Assembly: GCF_009914755.1 (NCBI RefSeq)
Contig: NC_060926.1
DNA: 64,000 bases
Source of the DNA: the human T2T-CHM13v2.0 reference genome, Homo sapiens
Reading direction: 5' to 3' (one strand)
This document shows, in pieces, positions 1 through 15,478 of this stretch (positions within the stretch are counted from its first letter, which is position 1; every line of letters begins with the position of its first letter). Below the pieces are notes generated by a model, which made no database searches, had not been told where the DNA came from, and saw nothing but the letters and a program-made list of their open reading frames with translations. The translations under genes were made by a program, and so were the position numbers.

Positions 1-1627
1 AGTTCAGGGCGTTATTTCTCTAGGGTCTGTTTGCAGCTGTCTTCCTTGTTAGAATCAGTTATTCCATAATCACCATGTGGGGGCTTCTCCAGAGAATTGG
101 TCCACTGCAGTGCAGGGAATATTCTCCATTAACGTGGTGAGATTGCCATGGAGACAGATAACCTAGTGTCAGGTCTTGCCTAGTGTTGGGAATTTACAAT
201 CCCCAGACGTGTTTGTGAGCTGGACAGTGTAGTTACCAGGACGCTTCTGGAAGTCATTTTCTCGGTCCTTTGAAGAGTAGTGGTGTTGGAAAACCTGCCC
301 TTGGTTCCTCTCTGGGCAGGAGCTGGGCTGCTTTAGTTCCTGCGTGTTGCGGCTTTGTTCTTCTCCGTTGAAATGGCTGCTGTAAAAAATAATCCTTACT
401 GCCTGACCTTTAGAATATAAACTGAAAAGAGCTGGTTGTTTAGATGTAGCTTTGTAGGAGACATGTTAATGCTTTGATTGAGAGAATTGTTCAAGAGAAA
501 CCACAAAGTCTGCTGTAGGTTTCAAATACTGTTTTAATAATAATAAAAATAAACCTGAAATGGACTTGCATGGCTATACCATGTTTTATTTTTGGAACTG
601 AGCTCCAGCCATAAAATTATCGTAAAGATCTCAGAAACACAAATCACAGAATAAGTAAAAATAATAATTTATCTGCCAAGCCTACAAAGTTGCAAATTTG
701 TCAGGGAGAGGAGGGGATAAGAGGTGGACTTTGAACAATATTGCCTTTTGTGCTTTTTACATATACTATCTTCATTTATCTTTAGAACAACCCTGTGATA
801 AAGGCATTGTTATTTCTTCTCCCTTACAGAAAGGAAACCAAGAGGGTAAGCAGGAGATGGGCTTGTGATTAATGAGACCTGTTAAAAGGTACAATGTGGC
901 TTTAGCATCCTGCCATAGCACTGGAGATGAGAGAGTCCCTTGACTACTTTCACAGTGCCTTACAGCAGCATTGGCTAGCTTGTTGAATCTCTGCCATCTG
1001 GGACAACCCTTCTACTTGGTGACGCTATCATTCCTTAATGGGAGAAGAGGGCAGCTTTAGGGGAAGTCAGGCCTGTGACTTTGGTTAGAACAGGTCACTT
1101 GCTGCTAAGGTTATAGAAGTCTATCCCCGGCCCCTGCCCACTCAGCTGAATCAAAACACACACTGGGCAGCTCCTTAGCTTACCCTAGCCTCATGATACC
1201 ATTGCCTCTTTGGCCATTTGAAACCAAAGAACACAGGGAATATATCTCTTCCAGATGTTTTTGTATCTTACCTCTTTACTTGGAGTGAGTTGGCCTGTGG
1301 ATAATATGACCATGTTCTGGTTGGTGTCTGGTCTGGTACAGCTAAGAATTTCATCTTTGTCATGCGTAAGCTGAAAGATTAAATTCATACTGTACTGGAT
1401 TGCCCTGTTCCCAAATTTCAGAAGCTAGAGCTCAAAAATTAGAGATACAGTCACAATCCAAGAAGAGGAAGGATATTTACCAAAGTGTTAGTGGTGAATT
1501 TCTCTGGGGAAGGAACAGAATTAGAAGGGAGGGGTGAAGGAGGACTTTCAAGTTTTAGTTGTATACTCCACATTGCTTGAGTTGTTTATGTTAAGAATGT
1601 ATCCTGAATTATTGTGTGATTAGAAAA

Positions 1628-1700
<73 letters not shown>

Positions 1701-1712
1701 GTCTATCTATCT
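1628..1712. repeat. Compound tetranucleotide microsatellite [TCTG]7[TCTA]11 TG [TCTA]2
   Basis: Read directly from the sequence. Confidence 0.95.
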
Positions 1713-2269
1713 CTAATATGTTTAAGAAAAAAAAAGAACATGGTACAGCTTTTATAGCCCATGGATTTAGCAGACTGTAGAGAATATAGATCCTTTAATT
1801 GGATGAAATCCAGTCTGCACACTAAGGTTGTTGATGGATATTTTAAGCCAGGAATTGGAACTGAATGAAATATTGATTTGGTTCAGGTTCTGTTCAAAGG
1901 CTACTCTGATATTCTGGTTTTGTTTAAGGTCAATAATTTTAGAAAAAACGCTTAAGTATAGCAGTCTTGTTGGAAAAGGAAAAAGGGTTGGCTCAATTTT
2001 GTATTCAGCAAGGTAATAGTTTATTCTATGTTTTGCTTCAAGTTGCTGCTTCAAACGGAACTGTGATACAAAAGTGAAAGCATTGGGTGTTAATTTTACT
2101 TAACACGGAGGCCCCATGTAGTATTTTGTGGTTATGCAGTGAGATAATGGAGTCATAAGCAGCAGAACTAAACTATCACAGTGTTTTGTTTATATTGAGA
2201 TAAATGTGTACAGTGTTCAGGTGGGTTCCTTGAAGCATGATATATATTGTTAATGAAGCCACAGATTGA

Positions 2270-2592
<323 letters not shown>

Positions 2593-3531
2593 TTCTATCA
2601 TGTATTTTTGAAAAACTCTCTGACTCAAGGCAGTTTTCCTGGGCAATTTTTACAAAATGGATTTTGTGGGCTGGGAACTGGGGTGAGGCTTGGAATACTG
2701 CAGACACTCTTACTACTGACTGTAGCAAGATGATTGTGGTGTTGATGGTAAACATTGTGATGGAAAAGTATGTTGGGTTTGGTTTTGCTTTCCAGGAAGA
2801 TATTTGGGAGACTCAGTGGGGCCAGTAGTTTTCTTAGAATCCTTTTTATGCACTTTATGTCTTTGATGTTCTTGTTGGAGATAGCCATTGGCCAGCTTGC
2901 AAGCTGTACCATTTCTATCAATTTGATTGACAAATTTGGCAATTCTTCCTTTGAAGGCCCCAACAAATGCTACTCTGCAAACTGAGAAGTTGTAGGTAGG
3001 ATCTCTGCAAGATAGTCTAGATTGGCTGCTTTTCTTTCCTAAGACTACCTGATATCACAGTAGGTTATTCTATTTGAACTTTCCAGCAGAGCCAATTAAT
3101 TCTGGCTTCCTGGAGGAGACAGTGGTATTGAAATGTGAGCTTTTGCAGCTCTAGTCTTGGATCCAGGGCTACCCTGTCTTCTGACCTCAGATTTGGAGAT
3201 TCTTGAATTCAGAGGATCTGAGCCTTAGAGTGTTCTATCAAACAATGCCAGTGTGTTTCTTTATTTGGCTGTTTCTATTAATGAAACAGTGACATAATTA
3301 ATTCATAATTAGGATGCCTTAGAGGTCTGTTTCCTTTTTAATCAATCACTAGAGAGAATATGACTCTAGTAAAGCCCCAGGATATTCCTCAACTAAAGCA
3401 AAATGAATGTAAAGAATTTAGGCATCTCTGCAAGTTGGAGTAGCTTGGAACCAGTTTACTTCAGGGATGCATCTTGAGAGGGGAGGTTTTACATAGTTCT
3501 CTTTTTTCTTAGACTAGTTTTGGCCAATTAA

Positions 3532-3918
<387 letters not shown>

Positions 3919-6483
3919 TGAAAGATGGCAGGTCCCAGCTCCCTATGGGGCTGATGTAGGGCTACAGCCCGATCTTTGTTTCTGGTTTCCTAATACCTAC
4001 CCTAGCACTTTGATGGTGCAGATTCAGGGAGTTTGATTCATGTGGAATAGAAATGTTAAAGGGAACTTGACTGAAAAAGCAGTGTGTTGGCCTAGATAGA
4101 CAGGCGGGTGCTATTTAGAGTCTTGTCTTCTAGAAATTGGACTGGGCTGATTACTGCATGAAAGGTGGGGTGTGTGAGTGTCTATGATCTTTAAGTCTCC
4201 CTTTCTTCTCTGGGCCTATCCTTCACCTCTTGGAAACTCCAGCAGTAGCCTCAGCTAGGGGCAAGGGTTGTGACTCCCAGAATTCAAGCATGTACTTTAA
4301 TCATATAACCATAAGGCCCTGGGATGAGAAATCGATAGCAGTGTGGTCTGATGGCTTCACCTAATTGGTGAAGCTCTTTTCACGGGTATATTCTTGAATG
4401 AAGTAGTTTGTACATGCTAATTGGGGATGTCCAATTTTATGACAAGCTTTTGGGACTCAAATAGTCATGTAAATGCACAAGTTGGCATAGAGGAAAAGAG
4501 GCCTTGGAGAACACTGGGAGAATCAATTAAAGGTTGGGTTAGGAATCCCAGAGGCATGAGAATTGAATTGATGTTTTATATGATCTTGGCATGTTGCCCT
4601 TGGAATATTCTAAATCCTTTCAGTTGATTTCATCAGGGTTGCTGATATTTTTAGCCTGATTTAATCTTTTCTATTGTGGTTCAGCTCAGAGTGCTTAGGG
4701 ACACCTCTGGCTTGTATGAAGCAGCTTTGTTATGTTAACCTTGCCATTAATCTTACAGGCTTCTCTCTTTGAGGTAAAGCTCAGAGACTGGTATGACCTT
4801 TGCAAGCTGAATGTGACTGGTTGCCTTAAGGAAGCTAGTTCTGCTTGTTTGTGATTCCAAGAGCTTGCACTATAACCAAAGCTTTATTCTGGGGTCATCC
4901 TACTCTTCTGAAAACACATTTAATAAAATATTCGCACCCACGAGATGGGTTACTTGCCCTTTAGGCTCCACGCATACCGTTATCTTCCATTTCTATCTAT
5001 GTATTTTATGCAAAACAAAGAGAAAAAGGAGATCAATAGTAAGTTAACAGTATATGCAATTTCTTGATTTCTCCAAGGAATTGCTATTGTTTAAACAGTA
5101 AAGAAGATTAGACCATATGCATTTTTTTTCCTCATTTTAGAACCAATGGGCTCATTTTTAGTAATCGCAGAGAATCCTGGGTGAGAGGGTGAGAAGCTGT
5201 TTCTGTGCTCAGTTCTCTATGAATAGACGCCTGCATGGCGGAATCGGGATCATTTACCTTGGCAGCACAGGGAACTTTCATTGATCCAAGAGAGAGACTT
5301 TAGAGTCTCAAATCAGACATACGAAATGTAGTGATTAGGACAGAGAGATGAAAATGCCATGTCCAAAGCATTCAGTTGGTAGCTGAAGAGCTGGCTTGAG
5401 AGTCTCCGTCTCCTGATGGTCAGCCTAGGCCATTTTGTTATGTCATTTTCCTACAGCATGTGCTTTGAAGATTCTGTAAGGCCCGCTGTTGGAGGCTAGT
5501 ATTTGTGGTCCCTCACATGATGATGCTGAGAGACGTGGGAGAGGACTGAGCCTAGAAGCCTCAGCCTTAGGGGGCACCAGAGCTAATGGTTTGCCCTCAG
5601 TGACCCTTCCCAAAGACTGCCTGATTATGTCTTACCAACTGTCATTCTTAGGGGTCCTCCTCTGAAATGTTCTAGGAGGCACTTCCATGTTTCTGTTGAT
5701 GTAGGTGGTTTGACGCTTGAAGAATACATGAGGTGGGATATGGCACCTTCTTAGTCTACTGAAAGGTAGAACAGGAGGTATTTAGGTTTGGGTGAGGCAC
5801 TAGCCCAGGGTGGTTATGTGACTTACCCAAGTGTATATCACATATAGGTGGCAGAGCTAGGATGAAGTTACATATCTTCTGACTCCCACCCCAGTGCTCA
5901 TCTCATTTTGCCCTCAGCCCTTTAAATGAGGACCTGGTCAACCTCAGTGAATCTATTTAGGGTGTGGAGGGAGAAAGACCACACAGTTTCCTCCCAGCTG
6001 TCCCTTCTGTTCCTCCGTGCTGCCCCGCCAGGGCTCCAAGCACAGGTACTCTCCCAAGGCTATGCTGTGTGATGGGAGAGCATGCACTGTGGACTCAGAC
6101 CTGTAACAATGACACTGAGACCTGGGCAGACCTGTGACAATAATGCTGAGTCCTGGGCTGGCGCCTGGCCCTGCTGAAGGTGCTTTTTCTCATCTGTATC
6201 ATGGGGCTTATATCTGTTAATTCAAAAGGCTGTGGTGAGGATTAAAAGTTTCTAGTACATTGCAGGTGCCCAGTAAATATTAGCTTCCTTCTTTCTCCTG
6301 GGCTGGGCTGGGCTCTGCTTACTTCCGTGTGTGGTGTGGAAGGGGTGGTGCCAAGGGGGCCACCAGCAGAGACACAATATGAACAAGTTGGCGCTGGCAC
6401 TCCTTGTCTCTTAGTCTCTGTCCCTCTACAGTACTGCTCTGCTCTTGGAGATCCTGACACGAACCAAGCTTAAGTAGAAATGA

Positions 6484-6940
<457 letters not shown>

Positions 6941-6945
6941 GCATG

Positions 6946-7253
6946 TTATTTTTTTTTTAATTTTTGAGATGGGGTCTTGTTCTGTTGCGCAGACTAGAGT
7001 GCAGTGGTGAAATCACAACTCACTGCAGCTTCAACCTTCCAGGCTCAAGCCATCCACCTGCCTCAGCCTCCTGAGTAGCTGGTACTACAGGCACATACCA
7101 CCACACTCAGCTAATTTTTTTTTTTGTATGTTTTGTAGAGACGGAGATTTGCCATGTTGCTCAGGCTGGTCTCGGACTCCTGGGCTCAAGTGATCAAGCT
7201 GCCTTGGCCTCCCAAAGTGCTGGGATTATAGGCGTGAGCCACTGTAACTGGCC
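6946..7253 (-). mobile_element. Alu (AluJ-like), antisense, tandem with the previous Alu
   Basis: cactgcagcttcaaccttccaggctcaagc...ctcctgggctcaagtgatc (J-type features). Confidence 0.9.
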
Positions 7254-8704
7254 TTATGTTATTTCATGTATAAGAAAATTCAAGTATAAAATACTTTCTG
7301 AAAAGTGCTTTAAAATCTGTTATCCATGGACAAGATCTTTAGAACCGGCATCAGAGTGAGCGTGCTTATGCATGTTCTAAGAGATGCAGTTGAATGTGTA
7401 GATATAAGCACACCTTATTATTCTGGAGGTTTTGAAAGACTTTAAAAAAAATCACAGTAGAGCTCATTAATTCCTTAGATAAGTTGCCTTAATAAAGGGT
7501 AAATATAGTTTGGGAAATGTCTCTGATACAAGTGATCCACGTCTTCTGTAGTATCATCCTTGTTCTTCATCCTTCCCAGGTGGGGCCAGGGGCCCTTGGT
7601 TTTTCACTGTACCTTAAAAATCACTGCATCCCAGCTTGTCATCTGTTGGGAGGAAGCCTGCATCTTCAGGCTTTGAAATGAGCACAGCGTAAGGACAGAG
7701 TTCACTCCATTTCTCTCCTCTTGTGGTTTATATCACTTGTAGTGCTTGTCCATTTGTCCCAGGAGAAGAGATGGTGGCTCTCCGATGGTAAATTCTTTGA
7801 ATCCTTTATGCTAAGTTGTCTAATATTTAAGTGCTCAGGAACATAAACACAAAATCGTTACTGGTAACTGACGTGCTAAGTTTATAAAGTAGAAGAGAAA
7901 ATATATCTACAAAATAGTCTTCTAGTTGTAGAAGTGCCAGTTTTTGGAGGTTTCATTCTGGTATAATTTCCCTAATATGATTTGTGCAGGAAAATAGAAC
8001 CATTAAAGAAACATTGGTGTAAAGGGTTCAGTAGAAACAGGATCTCTTTAAGTAGAAAAGCAAAGCCAAATGATGGTCTACATAAAGGACAAGGAGATTC
8101 AGATCCTGTATGGCTGATTTTAGAATTTTCTTTCTCCATGGAAAGCATTAGTTTGTGACATTAAATTAACATGATTCAAATGTATGCATAGATATCACCA
8201 AACAGGCTGGGGAATATCCCGTGGAACATTGAGGTTCTGTGACCCAGGCCCTTAAGTTTGGGTTAGATTTCACCCCTGGAAAAGGCAAAAGGCACAGTAC
8301 AGGGTGTGTTTTTCTGGGCTGCTGATGAAAACACCTAGACAGGACCTGGCACGAAGAAGTGCCCAAGGATGCTCAATTGAATCTGACTCTGTTTGGTGTT
8401 TAGACCCTAGAAGCCAGGTTGTCATCTTCACAGGCTATGTTTCAAATTTTATTTGAAGTCGTGAAAATAATGCAGTGAAGACTGTGTTTTTTATGTAGTT
8501 AGGCATCATCTGCCTGCTGCTTTGCCTGCACTGGGGGTGGACTGAGTCTAAGGGGAGGTGGGGAGAGGTGGGCAGCGAATACCCTTGCTTTTGTGGCAGC
8601 AACACCTAGTGGCAGAAAAAGAGTGAGAAGAGCGAATTTGCCTTTCCCACTTCAGTGACAGCCCAGAAAGTAAGCATGAATGCTTCTGTCCCTCAGCTGC
8701 CCTG

Positions 8705-8707
<3 letters not shown>

Positions 8708-8738
<31 letters not shown>
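8708..8738. repeat. Poly(T) tract (~31 nt)
   Basis: Read directly from the sequence. Confidence 0.95.
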
Positions 8739-8741
<3 letters not shown>

Positions 8742-9297
8742 TGTTAAGAAAATTAACTTCCAATCGAGAGGGAGGTCTTCCAATGCCAAATCTCCAGTTC
8801 ATTTTTCTCTGGTCTGAGAGGTTTGAAGTGGAAACATTGGCTCTCCCTGCCGATCTGGTGGCAGCACTCCTGCTTACTGATGCATTTGACAAGATTTGGG
8901 ATAATAACATATGACAGTGCAGCTAGGTAGAAATTCACTCCTTTATTTTTTGAATTAGGAATTTCACTGTTAGCATCTTTGAATTGGGAGGGATATCTCT
9001 AACGTCCCTTTCAGTTCCCAAACCGTAGATCTCTGATTTCTCAATGAGCAGGAATTGGGTTGAATGTGCAGGATATTATATTTCCAGAATAGTCAGCTGT
9101 TTCATCTGCTGAGAAAGGTGGGTGAGGAGGTATTTTAACTGAATGAGATCTCGGAATCTGTCTGTTTTCTGTGCAGTAACACCACACTATTCCTTCCTTC
9201 TTATCAGCAAGCTTATGGTAGCTGCCTGTCACTGGGAGACTGGGATATCAAAAATGACATAACTAACCAAAAAAACAAACATGATGTTTCGTTTCAG

Positions 9298-9366
9298 GAT
9301 GATGAAATTAACCAGCAGAGCCAGCTGGCTGAAAAGCTGAAGCAACAGATGTTGGATCAGGATGAG
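9298..9366 (+). CDS. KIF5C: KIF5C coding exon 13 (69 nt)
   Basis: gtttcag|GAT...GAG|gtaaag; DDEINQQSQLAEKLKQQMLDQDE; branch-point-like ACTAAC at 9262-9267. Confidence 0.96.
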
Positions 9367-9658
9367 GTAAAGAATGCAATATATTTTTTTTTCCACAAAG
9401 TTCTTCTATTACTCTTTGTTGTTGATGTTTGTTCCAGGAATTTAATTGGCATAGAAGCTTTTCATAATTACAGAATCATGTGGAAATTTCTTGGTAGATG
9501 TCCCTTCACTGCCTCTTACAAGCTGATTATCACTGAATTTAGAAAATAAATGTCTGACTTTCAAAAACCCCTGATGTTTTGAGATTGAGTAGCCAGTGGC
9601 TACAGTTCGTTCTGGAAGGGCAGAGACCTTTGGTTGGGTGATCAAGCAAGGATGATCC

Positions 9659-9948
9659 TTTTTTATTTTTATTTTTTTGAGACAGGGTCTCTCTGTTGTC
9701 CAGGCTGGAATGCAGTGGTGCAATCATGGCTCACTGCAACCTCCAGAGCTCAAATGATCTTCCCGCCTAAGACTCTCAAGTAGCTAAGACTACAAGAATG
9801 TGCCACCATACCTAGCTAATTTTTTAATATTTTGAGACAGAGTTTCTCTATGTTGGTCAGGGTGATCTTGAACTCCCGGCCTCTGGCTTGGCTCCTGCCT
9901 TGGCTCCCAAAGCACTGGGATTACAGGTGTGAGCCACTGCACCTGGCC
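9659..9948 (-). mobile_element. Alu (AluJ-like, diverged), antisense
   Basis: Alu body; target-site duplication (TSD) gcaaggatgat at 9646-9656 and 9953-9963. Confidence 0.88.
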
Positions 9949-11004
9949 TTGGGCAAGGATGATTCTGCCTCCTAATACCCAGCAATGCTGTGACCTGTTG
10001 TTTGAGTCCTACTTCAGTTTTGCAATCAGCTTGCTCAGATCTTTGATATACACCATGTTCTCCTGCTGTCCTGTAGGGATACACAAACAAAAACAAAACT
10101 AGAAGGTAGAGGAGGGGAAGGCAAAGAGAACGGGGCCCGAGTACTGCGTCAGCATGTTTGATACACTAAAAAGGAGGCAAATTGTTTTCAGTCTCTCCCC
10201 AAAGGCATTCAGTTCTTCAGCAAGTGTTTTTACTACATTGTGTGTTGCCAAGTATTTTACAAACAAGAACCTAAGCAAAGGATAGCCAGCCAACTTATCA
10301 AACATGCACAATTAATAATTCCCTTGCTGAGGACCGTTTAAGTGTTGTTTTCTTTTGTGCTTTAAGTTGCTTTCTGCTTCGTTGCTGAAATGCTATGGAT
10401 TGGATCCCACTGTGCAATGACAGCAGGTGCCTGGGTTTCTGTCCTCAATCCCAGGCCTCTGTAGGCATAAAGGACTCTGTAACCATTTCCTTCCTCTTTG
10501 TTCCCTTTCATCTCTTTAGGACAATGATTACCTCCCCTGCCCAAACACTTCCCTTGGTAGGGAGATAATCTACACTTTTGTAATCAGGTGAACCATATTT
10601 CGTTGATCTCTCTCTCTTAGCTATAGTCGAGGCCTTCCATTTGCTTGAGTTTCCTGCCCTCTACCTCCCATTCTACTCCAGTTTCACCCACATTGGCACA
10701 GCTGCCTGGGATAAACTTTACTTCTTGTTACTGTTAAAACTCCTTAACATTTTTCTTTTTCTATACTATCAAGGCAGTATCTGTTCAATATAGGAAAATC
10801 AACTTAGGAACAAAGATAATGAGAGCGTCGGCAAGCCCAGACATTCGCTTTTAACTAAAGATACTGTTTGGGGTACATCCTTCTATATCTTCATGATGGA
10901 TGTTAAAAAAAAGGTGACTGACCACTGTTGTATACTGTTTTAGTTGATTGTGAAGTCAACCAGTTTACAATGTGAAATCCTGATAACACTTAAAAATTAT
11001 GTAA

Positions 11005-11385
<381 letters not shown>

Positions 11386-11697
11386 CCATCCTTTGCTTAA
11401 AATATGGAATAGCTATAAAATGCAGTGATTTTTTGATGTGTAATTCTTTCTTTGAGTTAAGGGTATACAGCTTTAAACTAACAACAACAACAACAAAACA
11501 TACAAAACAAAACACATGCACACAAAACAGATTTTTGCAATAAGAACATATCTGTCTTTTTCTTTTATTTTTTTATCGTCTGGACCATACAGTGGGGTTT
11601 CCCATCATCCTGAACTTTTTCAACTTGTTTTCTTATATCTGGTTTTTAAATTACTTACTTTTGGATACAGCATAGAACATAAACATTTGAACATTAG

Positions 11698-12006
<309 letters not shown>

Positions 12007-12189
12007 TGACAGACATGGTATAAGGAGGCAGTGGCTGAATAGTTATTCAGTGTTAGATGCATTCTCTGAGGTCCCTCCAACAATTGAAATACTTCGTGCA
12101 AGTGACTTTTGTTCACTCTTCCTGGAACTGCATATCATGACTGTTTTATATCCAGAGAATTAATAACATTAGTGGGGATGCTTTGTGGG

Positions 12190-12395
12190 AATAGTCAAAA
12201 GAGTGCAGACTTTGGAGCCAGAAAAGTCTTAGTTACAAGTCTGACTTCATAACTCTTAGACCTTAGCTGAGACAGTTAAGCTTTGTGAGTATTCATTCCC
12301 TTATCTGTAAAAATGGTGACGATCATATGCTGCTTGCATGGTGTGAGGATTAGTGACAGTTTATGTAAAGCACTTAGCACAGATCTGTGCATATG
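12190..12395 (+). mobile_element. MIR SINE fragment
   Basis: agactttggagccaga...atctgtaaaaatgg...gtgaggattag...atgtaaagcacttagcaca MIR core. Confidence 0.7.
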
Positions 12396-13896
12396 CTACG
12401 ATATCAATACATACATCTCAAAGCATTGCTACTGGCAAGAGCAGGGTCCCATAGAAGGTATGGACTTCACTCTTCTTGCTTATACCCTCCTGAATGAATT
12501 CCATTCCCTCCCGTCAGCTTTTTGTCCTAGCTGTTACCTTCAGGAGCCTGGAACTAAGCTGCCCTTGTTTGTTTGTTTGCTGTTCTAAGCCAGTGCTTCA
12601 GCCTGCACATTCCCTTATTTCCAGATTCTCCAAATGAAAGATGCCATAGGTTCTGCAGTGAGCTAGCGGTAGCAGGAGCAGTGAATGTTTGGCATGGCGG
12701 GGTGGGATGTGTCCTTTTCTACCTGGAAAATGGGTGGTGGAGAAGCTGACTGGCTCTAACCTGCTATCCTTAGCACCTCTGCCCAATGGCCTGGTGTCCT
12801 GGGCTTGTGCCCAGCCTGCTTTGTGGAAAGCATCCAGTTTAAAAAGAAGTAGCAGATGGCGCAGGAGAGTGCTGGTCTGCTGACTGTGAGGCTGACAGGA
12901 AATGCTCCTCGCGGCATACATTCAGCTCCATGGAGGAAGACTTTTCTAGCAGCTTCCCAAGATGGGGACTACTGCCTCTGAGGATTTTAAAAACAAGATG
13001 ACATAAGCAGTTGGCAATGCCAAACAAAATAAAACAAACTCATTCAGAAGTCACTTAGGAAAGGGGGCGACTTAGATTTTCTCTGCTTAGTGTTTTCTAT
13101 GAGATTCTTTTAATTAGTCCTTCATGTTACTTGCTTCTTAAAACAATGAAACATTTTTCATAATACAGTTTTTAATTTGCCATGAAACCAAAGTATTACT
13201 AGATTGGTTTAGAAGACTATTATTAGACAGATTGTTTAAAAATGCTCTAGCTGCATATGGGAGAATTGTATAAATAGATAACTGTTTTACTGATGTTAAA
13301 CGTTAGTTAAGAATACATACCTTTTGGCAAGATACATGAGGATGAAAAAGAGATGGGTTTATTAAAGTTTGACAAGAAAATAGAGCTTCTGCTATATAGT
13401 AAGAAACCAACTATTGAACGTAACCTAATTTTGAAAAAAGGTGAAGGGTGTTTAATTCAGCTTCACTCTGAAAATTGGAAGACTTTTTTTTTTGAAGTTG
13501 TTTTCTAAACTTATTAATGTTCTTCTGGGCCATCTATTCTAGACCCATCTGTCTTTATCAATTTAGGTGGGAATATGGAGGTGGCCCAGGGAGCAGGTTT
13601 GTTTAGGAGTGAAGGTGGGGACCCTTGCAGGTAAGTTTAGACCCTGAAATGAAACAGATAGGACTGACATAGAATATCTGGTAAGTAGGAAGATGCAATT
13701 ACATGTTATAAATTTAAGGACTTCCTTTTTGGCTTAACTTATTTCCCTGACTTGGAAATTGTCATCTGATATGTAGACATATAATGTATCAGGCCATGTG
13801 ATACAACTTGTTGATAAAGAGTTCCCCTTCTTATCCAAGAATGCAGTGCTATGCGAGAGTTTGCCTTAAAAGGATTCTTAGGTTGAAGTCATGTAA

Positions 13897-14187
<291 letters not shown>

Positions 14188-14619
14188 TAGTAGGGTCTGT
14201 GCTTTACTCTTTTAAGCATTCAATGCTTAGCACTGTGCTTTGCATCTGCCATGTGCTGGTTAGTGTTTGAATGAATGAAAAAAGGGCTAATTGAATGACT
14301 GAGTGAATTGTTTGTTGGGGTGAGGAGGAGGAGAAAAAAAATTATCTTTCAAATCTAGGCAGTGTCTTCAAATGTTGGTTGGCTTTGTGTAAATTGGTTT
14401 ATTTCTCAAATTGGTTTATTTCTCAACTTATTTCCTAATGTTGCAGAAGTTTGGAATTAAATAGCTTAAGCAACAGTTCTAGTCTCAGAATTGTGTTTTT
14501 CCTTTTCTGAAAGAACCCAGTGAAGTGAAAATTCTCCAAGTCAGTGTGAAAGTGATAGGATTCTAACAGTGGCTTAAGAAATAAAACCACATTTAATTAT
14601 TCACAATATGAGAAGTCTA

Positions 14620-14770
14620 AAATCTTGCCACTCAGGGTGTGATCTGCCTCACCTGGGAGCTTATTGGAACTACAGCCTTTCAGGCCCCACCTCAGACCTA
14701 TTGAATCAAAATCTGCACTTTAACAAGATTCTCCAGGTGATTCTTTATGCTTATTAAAGTTTGAGAAGCA
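14620..14770. mobile_element. MER5A-like hAT-Charlie DNA transposon, within MLT1-like LTR remnants (~14560-15120)
   Basis: caggccccacctcagacctattgaatcaaaatctgcactttaacaagattctccaggtgattc...aaagtttgagaagca. Confidence 0.75.
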
Positions 14771-14906
14771 AATTTTGTTTTGGTGCCATGGCTCAACAAT
14801 GTCAAGTTCTCAGGCTTTTTCTCTGTTTCCTTTCTCCTGTCCTCAGCTTGTTTCCTTTTCATAATCCAGAGGATTATGCCTCATGGTAGCAAAATAGCTG
14901 CTGTAG

Positions 14907-15478
<572 letters not shown>

